NCBI GenBank assembly: GCA_050998555.1
Contig: JBPCQB010000110.1
Location: 1 to 51,090 of the forward strand
Direction of reading: 5' to 3'
DNA from: Thermoleophilaceae bacterium
GTDB taxonomy: Bacteria; Actinomycetota; Thermoleophilia; Solirubrobacterales; Thermoleophilaceae
DNA length: 51,090 nt
The notes beneath the pieces are model-generated. The model ran no database searches. It worked only from the letters and a program-made list of their open reading frames with translations, and was not told where the DNA came from. The translations under genes and the position numbers were made by a program. Positions 24,244-32,241 of the stretch are shown here, piece by piece; positions within the stretch are counted from its first letter, which is position 1; each line of letters starts with the position of its first letter.

Positions 24244-26238
24244 ATGGCCCAGAATCGAGACACCGGCATCGCCCTGGCCGCCCGCGTGCGTGTCCGGGCC
24301 GCCCGTATGGCGATCGATCGCCGGCGCGCGCTGGCCCTGGCGCGCGTCTCCCGGCGCCTCGCCCGCCGCGCGAAGCGGCTGCAGGACCGGCTGAAGCCCG
24401 CCGCGGGCGGCGCGGCCCGCCTGCCGCGCGAGCGCAAGCGCTTCGCCAAGGGCCCCTACACCGCCTGGGAGCACGTGCTCGACCGGGTGGGCAACGCCGA
24501 GGCGCTGCGCCTGCTGCTCGGCGCCGGGCTGTTCGGGCGCACCCTCCCCGCGCAGGCCGCGGTCCCCGACGGGGACCGGATACTCGTGCTCGTCCCCCAC
24601 CAGGACGACGAGGGCATCGGCGCGGCCGGCACCCTGCTGCTGAGCGCACGGGCCGGCAAGGCGGTGCGGATCGTCTACTACACCGACGGCGCCACCGGGT
24701 TCGGGGACCTCGGCCCGGAGGAGGTGGCCTGTGTCCGAACCGGCGAGGCGCGGCGGGCGTGGCGGCGGGTGCCCGGCGTGGTCCTCGACTTCCTCGGCCA
24801 CCCGGCCGGAAACCCGGGGCTCGCGCCGGAGGCGGTCGGCCAGCTCGCCGCGATCGTCGTCGAGTTCGATCCGGACACGGTGTTCGTGCCTACGTTCCTC
24901 GAAGAGCACTTCGAGCACCGGCTGCTCAACCGCTGGCTGCTCGAGCTCGACGCCGAGCGTCCGCTCGGCCCCGGCGTCGAGGTGTGGGGCTACCAGGTGA
25001 CCACGCGCGCGCCGGGCAACGCCGTGGTGGACGTGACCGAGGTACGGCGGCGCAAGCGCCGGCTGAACCGGGCCTGGCGGAGCCAGAACGCCTCTGTCGA
25101 CTACGCCCATCTGGCCATGGGTCAGGACATCGCCAACGGCTACTACCTGAAGGGCGGCGGAGCGCTGAAGTCCACCCGGCCGCACGCCGAGGTCTTCCAG
25201 CGCTTCGCCGCCCCGAAGTATCTGTCGCTCTGCGAGCGGTTCCTGGCCCTCGAGGAGTCCTTTGCGGCGACGGCGAGACCGCCCGACTTCCTGGTCGTCG
25301 GGCTCCAGAAGTCCGGCACGTACTGGCTGACGGCCCTGCTCGACGCCCACCCCCAGATCCGCTGCTTTCCCTCCCGGCCCGGGCACGCCGACGGCACGGG
25401 GGAGGCGCACTTCTTCGACGTGCTCGCCCGCATGGAGGACGACTTCCCCGCGTTCCACAGGAGCATGTCGCGAAAGCTCGATCGGTGGTTCGGCGACCTC
25501 TTGCCGGCCACCGAGCCCCGCGGAGAGGAGGAGCGAGCGGCGCTCCGGGAGCGGCTGCGCGACCGCTTCGCCGAGTACTGCGAGGACCAGCGCCGGCGCT
25601 CGGGCAAGCCGATCGTCGGCGAGAAGACCACCGAGACCGTCCACCACCTGGGCGCGGTCGAGTCCCTGTTCCCGGGCGTGAAGAAGGTGTGCATCCTGCG
25701 CGACCCCCGCGATCGCGTGGTCTCCTTCCACCACCAGGAGGTTCGCAAGGGCCGGCGGGAGGAGCGGCCGCTCGGCGCCGTCGACGTCGACGCCTACGCG
25801 GAGCGCGTCCGTCTCGACTACGAGGGCGTGCTCGGACTCGAGGATCCCTATCTCGTGCTCACCTACGAGGAGCTGGCCGGCGATCCGGTGCCCACGGTCT
25901 CGCGGCTGCTCGACTTCCTCGGGGCCTACTCGTCGTCCGACACCGCGCTCGAGCTCATCGAGCGCGCGAGCTTCGCGCGGCTGTCCGGCCGGGAGCCCGG
26001 CGCCGAGGACGCCGCCAGCCACCTCCGCAAGGGAGTGGTCGGCGACTGGACCACGGCGCTCGAGCCCGAGCTCGCGCGGCGCCTGACCGAGGCCGTCGAG
26101 GAGCCCACCCGGCGGGTCGAGGAGCGCCTCGGCATCGATCTCTCCGCGTACCGCACGGTCGGCGAGCCGCAGGCCCTCCGGGACGGGGGTCGCGCTCGGC
26201 CGCCGGTCCGCGCGCGTGCGGGTGCGCCCCACCGATGA
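24244..26238 (+). CDS. Bifunctional fusion: PIG-L/LmbE-family N-deacetylase plus PAPS-type sulfotransferase
   Basis: N-terminal Arg-rich helix, then ILVLVPHQDDEGIGAAGTLL (PIG-L PHxDDE motif, ~24570-25200). From ~25280 come FLVVGLQKSGTYWLTALL (PSB loop) and ILRDPRDRVVSFHHQ (3'-PB). Single ORF. Stop overlaps the next ATG. Confidence 0.8.
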   Translation: MAQNRDTGIALAARVRVRAARMAIDRRRALALARVSRRLARRAKRLQDRLKPAAGGAARLPRERKRFAKGPYTAWEHVLDRVGNAEALRLLLGAGLFGRTLPAQAAVPDGDRILVLVPHQDDEGIGAAGTLLLSARAGKAVRIVYYTDGATGFGDLGPEEVACVRTGEARRAWRRVPGVVLDFLGHPAGNPGLAPEAVGQLAAIVVEFDPDTVFVPTFLEEHFEHRLLNRWLLELDAERPLGPGVEVWGYQVTTRAPGNAVVDVTEVRRRKRRLNRAWRSQNASVDYAHLAMGQDIANGYYLKGGGALKSTRPHAEVFQRFAAPKYLSLCERFLALEESFAATARPPDFLVVGLQKSGTYWLTALLDAHPQIRCFPSRPGHADGTGEAHFFDVLARMEDDFPAFHRSMSRKLDRWFGDLLPATEPRGEEERAALRERLRDRFAEYCEDQRRRSGKPIVGEKTTETVHHLGAVESLFPGVKKVCILRDPRDRVVSFHHQEVRKGRREERPLGAVDVDAYAERVRLDYEGVLGLEDPYLVLTYEELAGDPVPTVSRLLDFLGAYSSSDTALELIERASFARLSGREPGAEDAASHLRKGVVGDWTTALEPELARRLTEAVEEPTRRVEERLGIDLSAYRTVGEPQALRDGGRARPPVRARAGAPHR

Positions 26239-27251
26239 GCCGGGCGGCCGCCCCGGCGATCCGCTCGAGGGTCGTGGAAGCGTTGGGCGGCCCGCGCCGC
26301 CCCCGCTCGTGCCCGGTATGCGGCTCGAAGACGCTGCTGACGCTGCTGCGCTACCGCGGAAAGGCCAAGCGCCTGCCCTACGCCGAGCGCCTCGCGCTCG
26401 TGGGATGCCAGTCCTGCGGCGTGGCGTTCTCCCATCCGCTTCCCTCGGAGCGCCAGCTCGCGGACTTCTACTCGTCGAGCTACTGGGGCGAGCAGAAGCT
26501 CTCCGGCTCGAGCGTCGAGAAGGCCGCGCGCCGCCACGCACGCAAGGTGGAGGCCGGGGCGCACAAGCTCGACCTGCTGAGCCCCTGGCTCGACCCGGGG
26601 GCGGAGCGAGGCCCGGGCGGCGAGGGCGAGGGTGCCGCCCGAAAGGCGCTCGACTTCGGCGCCGGCACCGGCGAGATCCTCGACGCCCTGACGGACCGCG
26701 GCTGGAGCACGTACGGGCTCGAGCCGAGCGACCTGGCGCGCGAGGACCTGGCCCGGCGCCACGCGGTGGTGGAGGCGGTGCCGCGAAAGGAGACCTTCGA
26801 CCTCGTCACGCTGCAGCACGTCCTCGAGCACCTGCGCGACCCGCTTGGGGTCGTGCGTAGCCTCGCCGACGCCCTGGTCCCCGGTGGTCACCTCTACGTC
26901 GCGGTGCCCGACCTCGGAGGGCTCGCCGAGCACCGCGACCTCCCCTACGTGGTGGAGAACGGAGCCCATCTCTTCTCGTTCACCCGGGCCGGACTGTCGT
27001 CGGTCCTCTCGCTGGCCGGCCTCGAGGTCGTGGCCCACCTCGACGGCCCGGAATGGGACGGCCACGTCCGGCGAAAGGGCCGGCGGCTGCGGTGCCTGGC
27101 CCGCAAGAGCGGCCGGGTCGCGCCGCTCCCCGCGAACGCGCTGGAAGAGGCCGAGGAGGCCGTGCGGGCCTACGCCGCCGCCGAGCGGGCGCAGGAGCGG
27201 GCCACCCCAGAGGCGGACGGCATCGGGACGCCGGCGGGGAGGGCCCTATGA
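26235..27251 (+). CDS. Class I SAM-dependent methyltransferase with N-terminal zinc ribbon, paralog 2 of 3
   Basis: ATG at 26235 (ATGA overlap) inside ORF 24063..27251. CPVCGSK...CQSCGVAFSHPLPSERQLADFY, LDFGAGTGEIL, DLVTLQHVLEHLRDPLGVVRSLADALVPGGHLYVAVP. Confidence 0.8.
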   Translation: MSRAAAPAIRSRVVEALGGPRRPRSCPVCGSKTLLTLLRYRGKAKRLPYAERLALVGCQSCGVAFSHPLPSERQLADFYSSSYWGEQKLSGSSVEKAARRHARKVEAGAHKLDLLSPWLDPGAERGPGGEGEGAARKALDFGAGTGEILDALTDRGWSTYGLEPSDLAREDLARRHAVVEAVPRKETFDLVTLQHVLEHLRDPLGVVRSLADALVPGGHLYVAVPDLGGLAEHRDLPYVVENGAHLFSFTRAGLSSVLSLAGLEVVAHLDGPEWDGHVRRKGRRLRCLARKSGRVAPLPANALEEAEEAVRAYAAAERAQERATPEADGIGTPAGRAL

Positions 27252-28438
27252 CCCTCGTGAGGGTCACGGGCGCTCCGGTGCTCGCGCACATGCGGGCGGC
27301 CTTCCCTGAGGGCGCGGACTGGGTCGAGCTCTCGAGCTGCCCGGTGTGCGGGCGCTCCGACGCGGTACGAGACGTCGGGCTCGTCGAGGGCGCGGACCAC
27401 GTCGAGCCCGGCGCGCCGGAGGCCCACGCCCTCGGTCCGGTGATGAGCGTGTGCCTGGACTGCGAGCACGGCTTCATCCGGCGGCGCCCGCGCCGGGCCT
27501 GGTTCGACGACTACTACGCCCGCGACTGGGACCGCGGCGGTCAGGAGGCCTTCGGCCGCAAGCGGGTGCGGGCGGACTTCAAGGTGGCCGACTTCGCGGG
27601 CTCGTCCCTCGAGCCGGGCTCTGCGGTGCTCGACGTGGGCGCCGGCTTCGGCAAGCAGGTGCTCGGCTTCCTCGAACGGGGGCACCGCCCGAGAGGCCTC
27701 GAGCGCTCCGAGCACCGCGCGCGGTTCGTGCGTGACGTCCTCGGCGTGCCGTGTGACTCGCGACCGCTCGAGGCCTTCGAGACCACCGAGTCGCTCGACC
27801 TCGTGTACCTCAACCACGTCCTCGAGCACGTCGACGACGCGGCCGAGGCGCTCGGCCGCGCCCGCGAGCTCCTCGCCGAGAGCGGGCTCCTCTACGTGGC
27901 CGTGCCGAACCTCTGGGCCGAGCACCCGCCGCAGACCTTCCATTTCGTCCCTCACCTCTCGGCCTTCACGCTCCGCTCACTCGAGCGGCTGCTCCGCGGC
28001 GCCGGGTTCGCCGTGGTGCGGGCGCAGGAGGGCAACGAGCTCCAGGTCCTGGCCCGGAAGGTGGCCGCGCCCGACGAGCACGCGCTCGACCGCTCCCCGC
28101 CTTCGGCCCGGGAGCGCTTCTGGTCGCGGATCGGCGACTGGGTGGGGCGGGCGTTCCCGAGCGACCCGGCTCCGCGTGTGCTCATCTGGGGCCCCTCGGA
28201 GCGCGAGAAGCACACCTACGACGCGCGGTCGGTGGCCTCGGGGCGCCTCCGGTACCTCCTCATGAGGGCCGTCCACCGCTCCCGGGAATCGATGGCCGGC
28301 CGGCTGCTCGACGAGCGGGTGCCGAGCTACCTGACGAGCGACCGCCTGCGCATGCTGCCTGTGCGGGCCTCGGACGGCGCGGGGCTGCCGGTGCGGGTGG
28401 TGCATCCGAGCGCCGAGGCCCCGGTCTGGGTCAAGTAG
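27248..28438 (+). CDS. Class I SAM-dependent methyltransferase with N-terminal zinc ribbon, divergent paralog 3 of 3
   Basis: ATG at 27248 (ATGA overlap). CPVCGRS...CLDCEHGFI, VLDVGAGFGKQVL, DLVYLNHVLEHVDDAAEALGRARELLAESGLLYVAVP. Has a ~100-aa extra C-terminal region. Confidence 0.75.
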   Translation: MTLVRVTGAPVLAHMRAAFPEGADWVELSSCPVCGRSDAVRDVGLVEGADHVEPGAPEAHALGPVMSVCLDCEHGFIRRRPRRAWFDDYYARDWDRGGQEAFGRKRVRADFKVADFAGSSLEPGSAVLDVGAGFGKQVLGFLERGHRPRGLERSEHRARFVRDVLGVPCDSRPLEAFETTESLDLVYLNHVLEHVDDAAEALGRARELLAESGLLYVAVPNLWAEHPPQTFHFVPHLSAFTLRSLERLLRGAGFAVVRAQEGNELQVLARKVAAPDEHALDRSPPSARERFWSRIGDWVGRAFPSDPAPRVLIWGPSEREKHTYDARSVASGRLRYLLMRAVHRSRESMAGRLLDERVPSYLTSDRLRMLPVRASDGAGLPVRVVHPSAEAPVWVK

Positions 28439-28461
28439 CGAGGGCTATCGTCCCCGCGGTC

Positions 28462-29502
28462 ATGGTCCCCGAAGCGCCCTACATCGAGGTCGGCGGACGC
28501 CTGCTCGGGGCGGGACATCCCGCGCTCGTGATCGCGGAGGTCGGCAACAACCACGACGGATCGATCGGCCAGGCCCGCGCCCTGATCGACGCCGCCGCCG
28601 AGGCGGGAGCCGGCGCGGTCAAGCTCCAGACCCACATCGCGGACGCCGAGATGCTCCCCTCGACGCCCACGCCCCCGCACTTCGACGAGCCCCGCTTCGA
28701 GTTCACGAAGCGGATGGAGCTCTCCGAGGACGCCCACCGCGAGCTGCGGGCGCGGGCCGAGGAGCGCGGCATGGTGTTCTTCTCCTCGCCGTTCTCGGTC
28801 GAGGCCGTGGCCCTGCTCGAGCGCCTCGAGGTGCCGATGTACAAGATCGCCTCGGGCGAGGTGACGAACCCGCCGCTGGTCGAGGCCATCGCCGAGACCG
28901 GCCGGCCCGTCCTCATCTCCACCGGAATGTCGGGGATGGAGGACGTCGAGCGCGCGGTGGCCATCCTTCGCAAGCATCACACGCCGTTCTGCGTGCTGCA
29001 GTGCACGTCCACCTACCCGTGCCCGCCCGAGGAGGTCAACCTCCGCGCGATGCGCACGCTCGGCGAGCGCTTCGCCTGTCCGGTCGGGCTGTCCGACCAC
29101 ACGCCGGACATTCACACCTCCATCGCGGCCGTCGCCCTCGGCGCCGTGTGCGTCGAGAAGCACTTCACGCTCGCAAAGCGCCTCTACGGGCCCGACCACC
29201 ACGCCTCGCTCGTGCCCGAGGAGCTCGCGCGGCTGGTGGACGGGGTGCGTCAGGTGGAGGCCGCGCTCGGGTCCGAGGAGAAGCACCGCGACCCGCGGCT
29301 GGACCCGGCGCGGGCGACCTTCGAGAAGAGCGTGGTGACCACGGTGGAGGTTCCCGAAGGCGCCGTCATCGAACGCTCCATGCTCACCACGAAGCGCCCC
29401 GGCAACGGCATCGCCGCCGCCCGCATCGACTCCGTGATCGGCCGGCGCAGCGCACGCGCGCTGGCGCCGAACCACCTCGTCGAGGAGCCCGACCTTGCCT
29501 GA
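28462..29502 (+). CDS. neuB: N-acetylneuraminate (nonulosonate) synthase
   Basis: HPALVIAEVGNNHDGSIGQARALIDAAAEAGAGAVKLQTH, MYKIASGEVTN, PVGLSDHT, plus a C-terminal SAF-like domain (VVTTVEVPEGAVIERSMLTTKRPG). Confidence 0.9.
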   Translation: MVPEAPYIEVGGRLLGAGHPALVIAEVGNNHDGSIGQARALIDAAAEAGAGAVKLQTHIADAEMLPSTPTPPHFDEPRFEFTKRMELSEDAHRELRARAEERGMVFFSSPFSVEAVALLERLEVPMYKIASGEVTNPPLVEAIAETGRPVLISTGMSGMEDVERAVAILRKHHTPFCVLQCTSTYPCPPEEVNLRAMRTLGERFACPVGLSDHTPDIHTSIAAVALGAVCVEKHFTLAKRLYGPDHHASLVPEELARLVDGVRQVEAALGSEEKHRDPRLDPARATFEKSVVTTVEVPEGAVIERSMLTTKRPGNGIAAARIDSVIGRRSARALAPNHLVEEPDLA

Positions 29503-30745
29503 CGCGGCGCCGCCGACGGTCGGCGACGCGGGCGCCAGCCGGGGTGCGCCCCGGAAGATCTGCGTGGTGGTGGCGAGCCGCGCGAACTACGCGCGGATCA
29601 AGACCCTCCTGCAGGCGGTGCGCGACCATCCGGATCTCGAGCTGCAGCTCATCGTCGCGGCCTCGGCCCTGCTCGAGCGCTTCGGCACCTCCGTGGACGT
29701 GATGGAGCGTGACGGGTTCACGCCCGACGCCACCATCCGCCTGATCATCGAGGGGGAGAACCCGACCACCATGGCCAAGTCCACGGGCCTCGGGCTCCTC
29801 GAGCTGCCCACGGTCTTCGAGATGCTCGACCCCGACGTCGTGGTCACGGTGGCCGACCGCTTCGAGACGCTCAGCACCGCGATCGCCGCCGCCTACATGA
29901 ACCTGCCCGTCGCCCACATCCAGGGCGGCGAGGTGTCGGGCTCGATCTACGAGTCGGTCCGCCACGCGGTCACCAAGCTCTCGCACCTGCACTTCCCGGC
30001 CACCGAGCTCTCCGCCCAGCGAGTGCTGGCGATGGGGGAGGACCCGGCCATGGTGTTCAACACCGGCTGCCCCTCGATCGACCTGGTGGCCGGGACCGAT
30101 CTCGGCACGCGCGCCGTGGCGCTCGAGCAGTTCGGCGGGACCGGCTCGCCCATCGATCCGGACAAGCCCTACGCGCTGATGATGCAGCACCCCGTGACCA
30201 CCGAGTTCGGCCAGGGCTTCGAGCAGATCAACGAGACGCTCGACGCGGTGGCCTCCCTCGGGATGCAGGCGCTCGTGTTCTGGCCCAACGTCGACGCCGG
30301 CTCCGAGCAGGTGGCCAAGGGCATCCGCCAGTTCCGCGAGAAGGGGCGCGACCACGGCTTTCACTTCTTCCGCAACCTCCCGGCCGAGGACTTCTTCCGG
30401 CTGATGGCCCACTGCGAGGTGATGGTGGGCAACTCCTCCGCCGGCCTGCGCGAGGGCGCCTACCTGGGCACCCCCGTCGTCACCGTCGGCTCACGCCAGC
30501 GAGGGCGCGAGTGCGGGGACAACGTGCGGTGGGTGGAGCACGACGCGGCCGCCATCGCCGAGGCGATCAGCGACCAGATCGCTCACGGCCGCTACGAGCG
30601 CGACGAGCTGTTCGGGGACGGCACCGCCGGCCAGAAGATCGCCGAGGTGCTGACCTGGGCGCGGCCGAGCGTCCAGAAGGAGCTGCATCTCGCCTCCGAG
30701 CTGAGCGACCCGCGGGCCGTCGGGGCGTCGGTGCCGTTGGCGTAG
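29495..30745 (+). CDS. neuC: UDP-N-acetylglucosamine 2-epimerase (hydrolysing)
   Basis: KICVVVASRANYARIKTLLQAV, VVTVADRFETL, VAHIQGGEVSGSIYESVRHAVTKLSHLHF, GNSSAGLREGAYLGTPVV. TTG is the only upstream start and overlaps neuB by 8 nt. Confidence 0.9.
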   Translation: MPDAAPPTVGDAGASRGAPRKICVVVASRANYARIKTLLQAVRDHPDLELQLIVAASALLERFGTSVDVMERDGFTPDATIRLIIEGENPTTMAKSTGLGLLELPTVFEMLDPDVVVTVADRFETLSTAIAAAYMNLPVAHIQGGEVSGSIYESVRHAVTKLSHLHFPATELSAQRVLAMGEDPAMVFNTGCPSIDLVAGTDLGTRAVALEQFGGTGSPIDPDKPYALMMQHPVTTEFGQGFEQINETLDAVASLGMQALVFWPNVDAGSEQVAKGIRQFREKGRDHGFHFFRNLPAEDFFRLMAHCEVMVGNSSAGLREGAYLGTPVVTVGSRQRGRECGDNVRWVEHDAAAIAEAISDQIAHGRYERDELFGDGTAGQKIAEVLTWARPSVQKELHLASELSDPRAVGASVPLA

Positions 30746-30818
30746 GGGGGCCTGCGGGGGATCGTGCGGCCGGGTCTGACCCGCCGCGAGCTGGGATGGC
30801 GCTTCGCGCACGGAGAGT

Positions 30819-31199
30819 TCAGCGAAGATGCTTTTCGATCGACGCGGCGTCTGCCACCTCGAGCTCGCCGCGAGCCACCGCCAGCACGAGAACCTCGGCC
30901 TCATCGACCGCGAGCTGAAGGTCGCGGCCGTTGAGGAGGCAGAACACCCGGGTCGCAGCCCAAGCCAACCGCTTGTTGCCGTCTACCAACGGGTGGTTGC
31001 GGGCGAGGGAATGCATGAGCGCCGCGGCCTTGTCCGCGAACCGGGGATAGGCGTCTTCACCGAAGACGGTGGTCTGGGGCCGCCCCGCGGCGGAGGCGAG
31101 CAGACCTCGATCGCGCACCGCGACCTCCCCGAGGACGCCGTCGGCGATCTCGAGAAGGTCGGCGACGCTCAGGTACTCGATCCGCCGATCCTCGAGCAT
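30819..31199 (-). CDS. doc: Doc (death-on-curing) Fic-family toxin
   Basis: HPLVDGNKRLAWAA matches the Doc variant of the Fic motif HxFx(D/E)GNKR. The ATG directly follows the antitoxin stop. Confidence 0.85.
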   Translation of the reverse strand: MLEDRRIEYLSVADLLEIADGVLGEVAVRDRGLLASAAGRPQTTVFGEDAYPRFADKAAALMHSLARNHPLVDGNKRLAWAATRVFCLLNGRDLQLAVDEAEVLVLAVARGELEVADAASIEKHLR

Positions 31200-31397
31200 T
31201 CACCGGCTGAGCCGGTCGAGGAGCTCGGCGTCCTCGGTGCGGACCTTCTCGATCGCAGCGCGCAGGCGCTCGGGACGACCCGAGACGTAGTCCGCGATGG
31301 CCGACTTGGCAACCTCCTGCATCGACCGCCCTTCCTCGGCAGCCTTTTGACGCAGGGCATCCGTTTCGCTGTCGCTGAGGCGCAGGTTCATAGCCAT
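31200..31397 (-). CDS. Ribbon-helix-helix (CopG/Phd-functional) antitoxin partner of Doc
   Basis: 65 aa. MAMNLRLSDSETDALRQKAAEEGRSMQEVAKSAIADYV is RHH-like. Immediately upstream of doc. Confidence 0.7.
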   Translation of the reverse strand: MAMNLRLSDSETDALRQKAAEEGRSMQEVAKSAIADYVSGRPERLRAAIEKVRTEDAELLDRLSR

Positions 31398-31405
31398 GCC
31401 GTTAA

Positions 31406-31422
31406 GGTACCACTGCGGTACC
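31406..31422. promoter_or_regulatory. Candidate antitoxin operator (GGTACC-N5-GGTACC)
   Basis: Two palindromic GGTACC hexamers 11 bp apart, 9-25 nt upstream of the RHH antitoxin start codon. Confidence 0.25.
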
Positions 31423-31633
31423 AGCCTCGGTAGCTCTATCGCTCAAGGTTGCACGCGGCAGGCGCTCTACATGAGATCAGCGGCGTGCGCGACGAGGTCA
31501 TCGCGCCGGCGCGTCTGCGAGCGAGGCCTGTGGAAACCCTCGTACGCGGCCTGGACGGCAGCGAGCGGCGCCGGGGGCAACCGCCCGCCCGGCGCCTCAC
31601 CCCGGAGACGACCGCCCAAATCCCGCGAACCGC

Positions 31634-32212
31634 CTACTTCTGCTGCTTCTCGTCCCCGCCCCCCGAGTCCTTCTTCTTGTCGTCCCCTGCATCCTTCGGC
31701 AGGCAGTCCCGCACCACGTCGCGCTGGTCTCCCTCCGGATCCCGCTGCCAGGCGCTGGCGAACGACCCGTCGCGGAAGCTCTTGATCGATCCCTTCTCCT
31801 CGCCGTTCGTGTCCCGGGCGTCGTCGTCGTTGCGGTGGGCGTAGACGTTCACCCGTATGCCGTCGACGGTGCCGACGATGGCGCCGGTGGACGACTCGGC
31901 CGGGAGGAGGTTGGCTCCCTCGGCATCCACGCTCACGCCCGTGGCGCCCTCCTTCTCCATGCAGCTGGCGATCTTCTGCAGGGCGCTCTCGTTAGGTGCG
32001 CTCCCACCGCTCTTCCCGCCTCCGCTGTCACCGTTCCCGCCGCCTCCGCCTCCGCCTCCGCCTCCGCCACCGTCGGGCGCCGGCGTCCCGCCGCCGCAGC
32101 CGGCGAGCACGGCAACGGCCATAAGGGCCGCCAGTGCCAGGGGACGCCGACGCCGGCCGGCCGTGACGGACCCGCGGATCTCCTCGTTCTCAGTGCTCAT
32201 GGTCATCTCCAT
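31634..32212 (-). CDS. Small acidic lipoprotein with poly-glycine linker
   Basis: Signal peptide with lipobox RRRRPLALAALMAVAVLAGC, followed by a G12 run. Candidate starts at 32212, 32206 and 32200; the last has GGAG 6 nt upstream. Lys-rich C-terminus with lower-GC codons. Confidence 0.65.
   Translation of the reverse strand: MEMTMSTENEEIRGSVTAGRRRRPLALAALMAVAVLAGCGGGTPAPDGGGGGGGGGGGGNGDSGGGKSGGSAPNESALQKIASCMEKEGATGVSVDAEGANLLPAESSTGAIVGTVDGIRVNVYAHRNDDDARDTNGEEKGSIKSFRDGSFASAWQRDPEGDQRDVVRDCLPKDAGDDKKKDSGGGDEKQQK
32037..32072. repeat. Coding hexanucleotide microsatellite (CCGCCT)n encoding the poly-Gly run of the lipoprotein
   Basis: Four perfect and one imperfect CCGCCT units at 32040-32069 on the + strand (GGC/GGA Gly codons on the - strand). 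Confidence 0.6.
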
Positions 32213-32241
32213 CTTCGTGTGTTGTGCTCTGAAACTAACCA

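Noticed and set aside
28462-30745. Alternative reading of neuB/neuC/neuA as a legionaminic or pseudaminic acid pathway
   Set aside because: No aminotransferase, N-acetyltransferase or PseB/PglF-type enzyme is evident in the window. A CMAH homologue (substrate CMP-Neu5Ac) is present. Neu5Ac-type is therefore favoured, but specificity cannot be proven from sequence alone.
30746-30818. Possible terminator between convergent neuC and doc (cgggt-ctg-acccg)
   Set aside because: It has only a 5-bp stem and no U-tract, which is too weak to call.
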